DNA of 63,307 bases, counting the filler, from Reticulomyxa filosa (Eukaryota; Protista; Foraminifera), in the NCBI GenBank assembly GCA_000512085.1. It is 29 parts of 29 records of this genome, joined end to end, with 100 filler letters (N's around TTAATTAATTAA, not from the genome) between each part and the next. Parts side by side here need not be neighbours in the genome. Positions count along the whole stretch, not along the records: positions 36,656 to 40,777 come from ASPP01025693.1; positions 40,878 to 41,942 come from ASPP01041601.1; positions 42,043 to 43,172 come from ASPP01029226.1; positions 43,273 to 47,048 come from ASPP01022644.1; positions 47,149 to 50,356 come from ASPP01005904.1; 24 more parts are not named here. One strand, 5' to 3'. Positions 38,503 to 50,247 of this stretch are shown here, in pieces; the stretch's first letter is position 1, and the number at the start of each line of letters is the position of its first letter. Position numbers and translations under genes: made by a program. The notes below the pieces were generated by a model that did no database searches, was not told where the DNA came from, and was given only the letters and a program-made list of their open reading frames with translations.

Positions 38503-39654
38503 TTATTGTCGAAAGTTTTCGACTAGAGTTTTTTAAGTGTGCATTTTTTTAGCCCGAAAGTGCTTCAATCTTACAATTTATTAAATGTCTCAATTTTATT
38601 ATACGCCAAGGAGGCCAGAAAATTCCTGCACTTTGACTTAGTTTTGGTCACCTTATTTTTCCGCCACTGAGAATATCTAATTTTTTTAAATGAAAAAGTT
38701 TGAAAAAATAGTAACATTGTCTGGATATGTAACTATGCAAGAAGAAAAGCAAAAAACTGAATAGGATTGCATCAACATTGGAACTTATAGAGGTCTGAGA
38801 TTGACTACAACGTACTTGATCAATGTACGCTTATTTTAACTCTACGTCCAGAATAAAATTAAATGCTAAAAAAGAAATTTTGTTAAATTCTTTGAAGACT
38901 GCAAAAATATCTTTGAAGGAGCAGTTACCCAATTAAATGAGTACTTCACAAAAAAAATGACAGCTTGTAATGTAAAATTTTTTCTACTTATGTATGATAT
39001 AGCACTATATAGAAAATCAACATGCTCAATGTCTTATACATCATAAACCGAACAGTTAATTCAAAAAATGTCTTTAGATTTTGCAGTAATTTCTCATGAA
39101 AAACATATACTTCGTAATTTTATTTTTTTATGACGAAATATATTCAAAAATAATTGTTCTATATCTCAGTCTTATAATATAACACAAACTTGTTGGAGAT
39201 ACTCTTTTGTGTTTGATATTTTAATTTTTGGATCTTCTGCTTTAACATATTAATAATAGTCAATTAAAGTAATTCCCAAACTCTTAAGACATAAACCTAG
39301 TATGAAAACTGACGCCATATTATAAATTTTTTTATTTTTTAGAAGGAAAGCATAATATAATAGTATATTTGTATCACCACAATTTCTCAAGTACATAAAA
39401 AATAAAAACTGTGGTCTAAACAGAGCTATTTTTTTCACCAAGATTCAAAATTTATTTCGAAAATTATAATAGTGCGAAAAAATTGACATAAAAGTACATT
39501 ATTTCAAGTTTACTGATTTTCTTAATGAAGAATAGTCATTTAAAATATCTGCAAATCATGCATTTAAAATAATTGATTTTTGTTTTTTCATTTTTTCAAA
39601 AATTTAATCATTTTTTTTTAACTTTTGAATGTTTTAAAACTCAAATCAACAAAT

Positions 39655-40044
39655 GTATAAATGCATATATTTACAAAGAAATTTTATGTGATAAAATATC
39701 AAAAGCATTAATTGATGTTTAGAATATAATGACGATTGGATATTTCAGCAAGATAATGTCACTAGCCACAAAGCAATTACAGTAAAAGAATGTTTTGAAA
39801 AAATAATATCAAAGTATTATATTTCACTCCAAATTCTCCAGACATGAATACAATAGAAAATTTGTGGTTGATAGTGAAAACAAAATATACAAAAATGGAT
39901 CATTAATCAAAAGAAAAACTTTGGAAACAAGTTGAATTAGAATGTGAAAAAATTAATAAATAAACATACACAAACTTAATAAAATCAATACTAAAGCGAA
40001 TACGAGCATTATACAATGCAAAAGGTAATTTAACAAAATGGTAG
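39655..40044 (+). mobile_element. Tc1-family DD34E transposase remnant (frameshifted)
   Basis: INAYIYKEIL...WIFQQDNVTSHK...TPNSPDMNTIENLW...KRIRALYNAKGNLTKW*. There are 34 residues between D and E after restoring one base in an A-run. Confidence 0.88.
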
Positions 40045-40181
40045 TTTTCACTAAAAAAAATTTTAGTTCTTATGCTTTTGAATTAACTTGGTGAGTGAAA
40101 AGTGTTAGGAAAAGTTTAACCCACCGGGAGCTCATCGGCCCCTTTAACGATTCTGTCTATATAGTATGAGCTTATACTACA

Positions 40182-40311
40182 ATATTTAAAAACTACACTA
40201 TTTGTAGATATTTTTTTAAAAAAATTAGATCTGAATGTTGTTTTTTCATGAAGAAAATCAATACTATATGGTGCAGTTTTATATGTCAGCTTTACTTTGC
40301 ATTCTACTATA
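40182..40311 (+). mobile_element. Tc1-type terminal repeat copy downstream of the transposase (probable right end)
   Basis: Same repeat family as 11239, 43345 and 52489, oriented outward from the transposase stop. Confidence 0.65.
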
Positions 40312-40655
40312 CTAATAATGATCGATAGATTCACCATGTATGTAAATGCAGCATCATTAAAAACTAACTCAGCAAATGAAGTCTCATTAGAGTTTGTGAA
40401 TAAATAAATATGCAAATTTAGAGTACTGAAACAATACTATATAATAATGGCCAACAGTTCAGATGAATGATTGTAAGCATGTTGCTGAATTTTACCTTTT
40501 CTTTTGTCCACTTTTCCTTTTGTGAGTATGTAAATGTTATAATATATCTATTGAACATCTGTCGGAAACGATTGGCAGATTCCAACGCAAGTTTTGACGA
40601 CATTTCGATCTAATTGCTAATAATTTCATTTGTAGCGTTATACGAACATAGCAAA

Positions 40656-40777
40656 TACATTAAGATAAAAAAGAAAGTGACTATAGAGATGATTGTGTTT
40701 CTCCATGAAAAAACAACATTTAATCTAAAATTTTTTTTAAAACATATCTACGAATCATGTAGTTTTTAAATATCATT
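40656..40777 (-). mobile_element. Tc1-type terminal repeat copy in inverted orientation at the contig end
   Basis: TA-CATTAAGATAAAAAAGAAAGT...TTTCTCCATGAAAAAACAACATTTAATC is the reverse complement of the 43345 and 52489 copies. Confidence 0.75.
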
Positions 40778-42042
40778 NNNNNNNNNNNNNNNNNNNNNNN
40801 NNNNNNNNNNNNNNNNNNNNNTTAATTAATTAANNNNNNNNNNNNNNNNNNNNNNNNNNNNNNNNNNNNNNNNNNNNAATGGCAAGGAGTTCGATTTGAA
40901 GGTATATATTATTTGTATCATGTTTTCAGTTTTTGTAATATGTCTTAATCAAAACAATGTGACATGAACCTTTTCATTGTAGAATGATTTATTTTAGATT
41001 TGGAATGAAAGAAAGAGAAAGAAAAAGAAGCAAAAATGCCGATCAATGGTATTAAAGACATATGGATTATTTCAAGAAATAAGTCAAGTTGCAATGAATT
41101 TTGTATGAACTTATCAAGTGAAGCAGGTAGACAGTGTAAATGAAGATGATCGACGAAATCAACCCCTAAAAGGTGTTGATATGTGTCACCAAGACTATGC
41201 GTTGTTATAGATGATATTTATTAAAACGAAACTCAAATGGCAATCCACAACAACATTCAGCTTAACACACTACTTTCACTCAGGCCATCAATATGCATAA
41301 TTTGTCCAAATATCCGTCATTGCTTGTCACATGTATTTGCGATTATATCATATATGGCTCCGATGTCGATACACCAAAGATGCATGGGGGTATTTCCGAT
41401 ATATAATTGGTATGACTTTCGTGTTGATTTGATGGAAGATATTAAAGTTGTTGTATATTGCAATTTGATTGCAAAAGGATCATTGCTATTATCGTCAAAA
41501 AAAATTGGCAGGAAATTATTGAATCGGATTATTTCACTTTATGACCGAATGCCTTTGAAAGAAGATTTCAGTTAAAAAAGCATGGATTACTTTTATCTTT
41601 CTTTCTAAACAATTTGAACTAATTTGTTGTTTATTCGTTTGTTGTTTTTACAACAACTAGAATACGTTAGTCCACAGGCAGTGTATATGGTGAAACCGCA
41701 AATGAAGAAGAAGGAGAGGATGTGCAGAAATGTTGGAGCAAATGCTACTGTCTTAGTAAGAACGGAGGCATTACAAAAACTAAAAAAAAGATTCGATGTG
41801 CAAACGATATCCAGAGGGCAACAATATAGTGACTCTTCCATGACAAATAACATCAACGACAGCAAAAGAGATGATCGGGAAACAATATCAATACGTTCAC
41901 AATATCGGACGTACAATCTCCACTTAGTCAAATACAAATTGGNNNNNNNNNNNNNNNNNNNNNNNNNNNNNNNNNNNNNNNNNNNNTTAATTAATTAANN
42001 NNNNNNNNNNNNNNNNNNNNNNNNNNNNNNNNNNNNNNNNNN

Positions 42043-43148
42043 AAATATCAAATAAATTAACAACATAAATTCCTAAATCACGTTGCAATGCCAATAAATG
42101 TTGTTTGGATTGATAAAAAACTTTAATAATATTTGGATTTGTGAAAATAACATTTAATTGTTGTAATACTCGTCTTAATTTGTAAACCTCAGATCGTGTT
42201 GATATTTGTAATACACAAGCCATTCCTTGATAACTATGAATATTATCATATCTTAAATCCACACCAATTCCATTAAATTTGTCATTACCAGCTAACTCAA
42301 ATTCTGATACAATGTGATCAATCATTTCAGTTAATTGAGCAGTAGTATTCACCCAATATATTGCAGTCTATTTATATTCATTATTATTTTAAAAAATATT
42401 AATAACTCTCTATATTATATTTATATATGTGTATAAATATATAACCTCTTTTAATGGTCGATACATAATTGGTTCTCTTCTTTTAAGTTGCCGTTTACAA
42501 TACTTAAATTGATCAATTTCAAAAGCATAAGGATTTTCTAATTGTGATTCTGATTGTAATTTTTGTAATGAATTAGGCTTTTTCAATAATTTTGGTTTAA
42601 ATGGAGTATCAATTGAATTATCAATATCATCAAAAAATTCAGTTTGAGGTCGTAATGTTCGCAATGATTTGGATGACTAATTTATTATTGTTATTATTAT
42701 TAAAAATATATATATATTTAATATTTATGAAACAAAACATACCCATTCTTTTCGTTTTGATCTTTGTTCTTTTGTTCCAATTATTTCATCTTCATTCTTT
42801 TTAAGTTCTTTATTTTTTTGTAATGATCGGATTTGATCTAAACTTATATCAATTTGTTCAAAACAATGATCTGAAATATCTTCAAATATTTCTCTTTTTT
42901 CAATTGAATCTTTTGCATTTGCTAATTTTTGTTTTGAATTCATAAACCCACACATATGATCTAACATTTCTAACAATCCTTTGTGACAATTTTTGTGTTT
43001 CACCACGGAAACTCGAATACGAAGAGTAAAACCGAAAATCAGTTCCTGTTGATAATTTGACTGCTCTTGAGTGTAATTTTACGCTTTCACTTATCAGAGC
43101 TTGACTGAATGAGTCACTTTTTGCTTTTAAATCCCTTGGTGTTGTCAT
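42043..43148 (-). CDS. RRP6: Rrp6/EXOSC10 homolog with substituted catalytic residues and one apparent frameshift (possible pseudogene), partial
   Basis: PMC2NT-like DFRFYSSYSSF, then LRPQTEFFDDIDNS.DTPFKPKLLKKPN and NPYAFEI, then exonuclease-domain VLQISTR and LQRDLGIYVVNLFD. Confidence 0.85.
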
Positions 43149-43344
43149 TTCTTTTTTTATTATTTTTAACTTNNNNNNNNNNNNNNNNNNNNNNNNNNNN
43201 NNNNNNNNNNNNNNNNTTAATTAATTAANNNNNNNNNNNNNNNNNNNNNNNNNNNNNNNNNNNNNNNNNNNNGGCAAATTTCATGACTACGAGAAAAATA
43301 CGATTGTCAACTTTTTAAGAAATTTTACCAAATCAAATGAAAGA

Positions 43345-43503
43345 TCAAAATTTTTGAAAAAATTGGAAGACTTAATAAAAAACTACACTATTCGTAGATA
43401 TTTTTTCAAAAATTTTGATTAAATGTTGTTTTTTCATGGAGAAACACAATAATCTCTATAAGGTGGCATTTTAGGTGTCAACTTTCTTTTTTATCCTACT
43501 GTA
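43345..43503 (+). mobile_element. Tc1-type terminal repeat ending ...ATCCTACTG followed by TA
   Basis: The reverse complement starts TA-CAGTAGGATAAAAAAGAAAGTTGACAC, a TA target followed by the CAGT terminus typical of Tc1/mariner. It is nearly identical to 52489-52667. Confidence 0.8.
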
Positions 43504-44411
43504 TTAGCCAGAATTGGTTGATGATTTAAAACGCTTTTGCAAATATTGTCTTACGCGTCAAGTGTCCAAGTGAGCAAGTGACGTAAACGTTGGCGAAATT
43601 CAACACTTTCCAGCAACAAGACCTTTTCAAATGATCTCATTGTACATCGTTGGTCTACTACCAGGACAGAACTAGGTAATCAATATATCCTAACAATTAT
43701 GGATCGATTCACACGTTATGCAGCTGTATATTGTGAAAAATTTCACTTGGTGCCAGATATAAAATTGCAATTGGTTAAAAAAGGAGATGAGCACGTGCAT
43801 GAGTCATTGCATGAGTACAAATGTACTATCAAAAGTAACTGCAACTAGTCAGTGATGGAGCATTATTGGCACAAAGAAATTACAACTACAAACTTATAAT
43901 ATTTAAAAACAAGAAAAACATAAAGACAATTTTGAAATAGGTGATTCATTCATATTGTTCGTAGGTGACCATATAGTAGGTAACAAATCAAAATTGTTGC
44001 CAAAATTTGTTGGCCATTATACAATTATTTAACGCATGTGTCCATTGACTCTTAAGATAAAGAGTTAGCATGGCTTTGAAAAGATTTTGCATGTGTCAAA
44101 GCTGCAGAAGTTGTACATGGAACATGAGAATAAAGAATCTGAAACATTGTCATAACAAAAACTTCCCCATTAGAACTAGCAGACTAGTCAAATCTGCCAT
44201 TGGGACCAGTAGATCTGTTACCACAATTGGAAACAATTGACGAGTCACCTCCATCGTTGGAATCATTGGACAATGTCGAAGAAGTTGTATAATGTCATTT
44301 CATCTTTCATTTATTTAATTTACTTTTGTTTTGCCGAAAACCTATCTCTTTTTGAGTAAACCTTTTCGTATTACATTTAGTGCAGTCTATTATCAGAGCA
44401 GACGTCCCACA
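43502..44411 (+). mobile_element. Ty3/gypsy integrase pseudogene and 3' LTR-like end
   Basis: Y*PELVDDLKRFCKYCLTRQVSK...FPATRPFQMISLYIVG...GNQYILTIMDRFTRYA (zinc-finger end and rve core), GPY/F-like KLLPKFVGHYTII, and LHVSKLQK. Confidence 0.85.
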
Positions 44412-44761
44412 ATTAATCACAATCAAAAAAAAAATTTTTGCTCAAGTTGGAGCTTATCCTATTAAAGAAAAAGTTGCAACATTATAATTAATTTTTTTTT
44501 GTTTTTTTTTATTCTTGTTACATTGTGGTAGTGCGCACTTTTTTTTAAATTTTATTTGATGAAATAACTATTTTAATTTGATAAAAATATAGATAAGAGC
44601 AAAAGTGCTAGATATAGTTTTTGTGAGTGCCGCAATATGTGTTAGTGTACAGGTCATTTTTTTTGGATTGGTTACCGGGAAAATTTTAATTTGGTGTTTG
44701 GAAAAAGAATTTAGGTTAAAAGTAAAAACTTTTATGTGAACGTTCGGGTTTCATTATTGAT

Positions 44762-46898
44762 ATGACGGAAACGAAAGAAGGGAAAGATGCAGCAGAAGAA
44801 AGGATACTCATATTTTTGAGGGACACAATCAGAATAGACGGTGAAGAAGCCTCAAAGCTCGCGCCTTACTTGCGTCGAGAGAAAAAGCAGTAGATTGCAA
44901 AGACGTTGCATTGATGGAGCCACAACAATGGATAAATGCCTTTACACACGTGAGATTGGCTCTAATCCCAAAGAAAAAGCTATTGAAAACAGTGAATCAA
45001 ATGCGTGAAAATGAAAAAGAGAAGCTGTTGGATGTCGACAAAATAGTAAGCAGCGAACCATCTAGCTCTATCCCCAGCCACATAACCATATGGCAAAAGT
45101 ACATGACCATATATTTTTATGTTGACAATAGTGACAAAAGGGAAATTGCTTGTATTTTCAACACAGAAGACAAGATTACGCGCAAATTGTGCACACCAAT
45201 GACAATATGGCGAATATTTTGCTGGAAGTATGTGTTTTAAAAAAGAATGTCTCTAACCTGAATATATTAAGCAATAATTAAAATAAAATAGGAAAAACGG
45301 ACGAGATTCAATATAGAGGATGACAAATGGAAAAGTTTTGGTTTGAAGAATGGAGATGAAATATTTTGCGAGTACTCATTAAAGTCAAACTCAAATGCAC
45401 CAGAGAGTGGGTTAAGTGTGGACAATATTAAATTCCCTGTGCTTTATCGAGGTGAAGTGAATGAAGATAATAACTTTCAATTTATACCTGTTCAAGTGTA
45501 TTGCATAAAATCGGTACTATTACACACAACATCTATATACATTTTTATAATATTAAATATTGTGAATACCTTTGTTTGTGAAAGCAACAAGAAACGAAAG
45601 TGAAACTCGTGAATGATAGTCAAAAGAAAGAAAAATGGAGGATTGGAGACAAAGTGGAGTTCCGTTGCAAATATCACAATGATGCATGGACTGCTGTTGA
45701 TATCAAAATCCTTCAAAGAGCCCCTCTGTTTAGCCTTTTTTTAAAAAAAAAAACTTTTGTTCACAATATATATACATAAATATGTTTATGTGCATTTGTG
45801 TGTCAGACGAAGAATAGGAGTTATCAAACCAACTGCGACAGTGACAAAAAAACAAGAAAAGGTCTCCCACATTTTGCATTGGTTAGAAAATCCTTCGGAA
45901 GGTACTATCAAATGTTCTTTTTTTTTTTAATCGAAAAAATTTGAGTCTTAACGATGTTTGCAATCATTACAGAGAAGATTGATCAGGACGAATACAAAGA
46001 TATGAATGTGTCAAATCTCATCAATCAATACAATGCAAGTAAGAATGACGACAAATTGAAATGGCTGAAAACTCATATAACAGTAGAAGCAATGAAATAT
46101 GTAGCGAAAGAATGCATGATTGAAGCATGCAGCATTCCAAATGAACTGGTGGAACGAGTAATTCGAAGCGTTAGTGTATCGAATACAATATCGTCTTTAA
46201 AAACATTCATTGAGAAGTATCATAATACAAATGAAGAAGATGATTTGACCAAGTTGCAAGAAGAATTAAGACAAATAGATGTCTTTCCAGTATCGATTGA
46301 ACAACAAACTTCAGATAATATGTACTGGATCATTTCAAAACAAGCAACAAATCCACGAAGACTACGAATCTATTTATATTGTCCAGAGTTAGAAATCAAA
46401 TCTAATCGTGTTTGGAGTGTCTTTTTCCTTAATATATCTGGAGGTATGTCTTTCCTTCTTTTATTATTTGCAATTGATCACCTTTTTGTCCGTTTGGAAT
46501 AAATAACAACAGCCGATAGACGATATCCATTAAAACTTGCAAAGGAAGATATTCCTTGGTTATATTGGAGTGATTTTCAAGTGGCTCCCAACTTTGAATT
46601 GCTGTGCAGTATATTCGATCAAGAAAGAAAGATTGCAACTGCCACCATTTCTGCCTCTTCTCAAGTCATTGTTGTGGAAGAACAATCGCTGCAATCCAAA
46701 TCGAAACGAAAAAATGTAACTACATTAAGTTATGATGGGAATATTGACACCAACACCAAAAATATAGAGATTTTCAAACATTTGATTGACGAAGTCAAGG
46801 ACGAGTCATCTTTTTGCTTTACTGTGACTATTGCCAAAGATTTAAAAGTACAACTTGCCCCCTCCGAATCTGACATTTGTGAGGCATCGACTGATTGA
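44762..46898 (+). CDS. Multi-exon hypothetical protein, possibly frameshifted, with a possible SAM-like N-terminus
   Basis: A series of coding-like ORFs separated by intron-like gaps. No confident family assignment. Confidence 0.45.
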
Positions 46899-47157
46899 CA
46901 TCACTCCAAACTTGGATCAACTCGATGTGACTCGAGAACATGTATTAGCACACATTTTTTTTTATGTTTTTTATTTTTGCTATGTGAGAAAGACACAACA
47001 AAGAAAAAAAAAAATGAATAATCATGAATCTAGGTGTATCAAGCACTANNNNNNNNNNNNNNNNNNNNNNNNNNNNNNNNNNNNNNNNNNNNTTAATTAA
47101 TTAANNNNNNNNNNNNNNNNNNNNNNNNNNNNNNNNNNNNNNNNNNNNTTTTTTTCG

Positions 47158-47193
<36 letters not shown>

Positions 47194-47660
47194 TGCACAG
47201 CTATATCCACTTTTGCCTTGATTGGGTGTGATTGAAATCATAGGAGCTTATGGGTCTACAATGTCGAGCAATTACAACTCCAGACCTTTGGCTCCAGAAA
47301 TTCTGATAAATTCGGAGCATGACACACAGTTGATACGAAGGCGTCAGTCGAATTTTCAAATGTTTGAAAATGAGTGGCCCATCGTTCAATCTAAACTTTA
47401 GAAAAAGGGGAGGAATTGATTTTTTTTTTTTTTAACATTGATTTATTACAAGATGCAATTATGTTCATTTAAAAAAAAAAAAAGAGTGATTTTTTTTTGT
47501 AGGCTTGTTATTTTAATGATCGCACTGCAGACTGTGCTCATTACTTTTTAATATTATCACCAAGGCTTTTTTGTACAAAATATTAAATCTTTTTTTCTCG
47601 AAAGTGAAAGTACATATTTACAGTTTTAATGCTATCACAACTAAAAGACAAAGAAAGCCG

Positions 47661-48751
47661 TCATGTTGACGGAATGGTGGCAACCTCAATAGAGCTCAAG
47701 GTATTCGTGCCATTGGTAGCGCCTCCAAACACCAATATTTGATTGTTCCACGTCATAACGGAGGCAAAAAATCGTGGATTATTTAAATAAGTCTCGCTGG
47801 CAAGAATGACTGACTCAGAAGCTAGATCAAAGAACTCAACACTCGACAAAGCATTTCTATCCTTGTCCTGACCGCCGATAATTAATGCAGCATTCAGACT
47901 CGGCACAATTACAGATCTATGCCCTGACCTGGCTGCGTTCAGTGTTGTTGGCAACGTTGTCCATGTGTTTTCCAAAATTGAGAACCTTTTTTTTTTTTTT
48001 TTTTTTTTTGTATTGGTTGCTTAAAAAAAAGTAAAAAAAAAAAAAAAAAAAACCTTTCAATGGACGACAATGCACTGGTATTTTGGTCGCAGCCACCAAA
48101 GATATAAATGGAATTATTGAACAGGACGCAGCTGCTCAGATATCTCCCCGTATTCATGAGTGCAAAGTCTTGCGCCGGGAACCATGCATATAGCGACGTG
48201 TTGAACGCCACCATCATTCTGAAGCTCTCCGGATCGGTGGCATTTGTGCCTCCGATGATGTATAGCAATTGATTGCTGTTATCACCGACCACACAAGGGA
48301 GCTGGGCCAGATCCGGCAAATTTCCCATCACCTCGTCGTCGAATGTATTCTGAGCCGGGTTGAATATCCAAGACGACGTTGGAGACAGTTTTTGACTAGT
48401 TGGAGAGACAATGAAAATATTAAATTGTGATGAATTCTGAGCTTTTTCAGTCATCGATGCACTTCCTTGGTGCACTGTTGCAAAATAACTTGGAGCATTT
48501 ACATGCGGGGTTTTCGAAAATATTTGATTTTCGAATGAATAGGTGTACACGGATTGTGTTAATTCTAATGCTCCTGGATACGCTGGATCCGGAGTATACC
48601 CTCCCAAAAAATATCCGGTGTCATCGTCGTTTCCGTAGGCGACAGCCTGAAATGGCTCTGGCATTGACACAGAACTTAGTTCCCATGTCAAAACGTCTCC
48701 ACCAGCAAATCCTAAAAACAAAGCACAAGCCAACAGAAATATAATTGTCAT
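47661..48751 (-). CDS. Secreted Kelch-repeat beta-propeller protein; intron 47986-48053
   Basis: Signal-peptide-like MTIIFLLACALFLGFAG, with Kelch GG motifs YFLGGY, YIIGG, YIFGG, LIIGG and LVFGG. The intron joins IER to FSILENTW in frame. Confidence 0.88.
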
Positions 48752-49748
48752 TTTATACCGACGTGATCTTTTTTTTCCCTTGTTTCTGGAGGTTTATCCC
48801 TCCCTGTTTATTTGATCACTATCTTTTTCATTTCGTAAATGCTGGCATGTCTATCGTAATCAATATTTTTATCTTGTACTTGTCTAATTTGCATGCCAAA
48901 TGTTCCTCTTTTTCTAATGCGAACAACCGTAATAACTCAATATTATTATTAAAGAAAAAAAAGTAAATGATCATTTTTCATGAAAAACAAAAAAAGTTAA
49001 TTGTTTTGGCAGGCGAAACAATTTCCGAGATGATTAAAAGCGAGATACAGTTTCAAACTCAAATGAAAGATTGGTTTGTTGCAACTTCTTAGCTACAAGC
49101 GGCAGAAGTGACCTAACTGGTGATGTGTCGACAATGCAAGACACAAACAAAAAAACAATAAAAATAAAAAATTCTTGTTACTCAAAAAACAAAAACAGCA
49201 CATCGTGCACGAGAATTTAATTATTCTCAAATTTTCAGTCCAAATCGCTTGCTGACTCACTAAAAAAAAAAAGAAGAAAACAAAATAAAATAAAACAAAA
49301 GCCAATAAACAAAAAAGATTACTTCCGCGTGAAAGTATTAAGGCCACTTCTTATTTTCGTGCAATTTTTTCCCCTCCCATAAAGCTAGTCAAACAAAAAC
49401 AAAAATTAAAAACAAAAACAAAAAGGAGACTTTTTTTGATAAACTCAACATTCAACAAACCAACTGACAAGAAAAAAATATTAAAAAAAACCGTCAAAAC
49501 GAAAAATAATTTAACAAAAATTGTCGGTTATATTTTTTTTATTATTTTACGAAGCGTTATCTTTTTTTTTTTTTCGTATTCGTGTTTTGTTCTATTTATT
49601 AATTTTGCACAAAGTTTTTTGTAATCCGAAACTGCTCACGCCCATTTGTTTTCACATGTTCTTTATTGCAAACAAACGAGCCCCAAATTATGGACAACGT
49701 TTTTTTGTTTTTTTTTAATTGTATGATATCAAACAGTTCCCTTTGCAA

Positions 49749-50247
49749 TCAGGCAGTGACAGAGGAGCTGATAGTGTGTTGGAGATCGGGAATACTTTGC
49801 TGTTGACTGGAACAAGTGCTATCAGTCGTGTTTGAGTTGTAAGTTGAAATCGATTGCAAATGGGATGCCTGTTTGGACAGCGTGGGGGCGGCGTGTTCTT
49901 CTTGGCAATCGTTTTCGTTTGTATGTTCGTTGTTGGATTCCACGACCGGAGACGGATGATACGGAAGACGAACCCCTGGGGGTAGCAGCAAAGAAGAAGA
50001 AGAATTCTGCATCAAAATGTGCTGCTTCCTCAATAGGGTCTCTTCCTCTTCTTCCAACTTTCGCAAATCCACATGCTTGAGAATGAAAGGGTGTTGGCAT
50101 AGCGTATCGCAATTGAGTCTCTGTTGAGGGTCCACATGCATTAGTCCTCTCACACACGATATCGCCTCAGGGGACACGTTGTCCCAATGTACTTTTGGAA
50201 ATCGGTACTGACTACGAGTTATCATTCCGTACATTGTACGAATTGAT
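49749..50247 (-). CDS. CaMK-group protein kinase, last exon
   Basis: YRFPKVHWDNVSPEAISCVRGLMHVDPQQRLNCDTLCQHPFI matches subdomains X-XI. A TAG acceptor lies immediately upstream. Confidence 0.85.
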
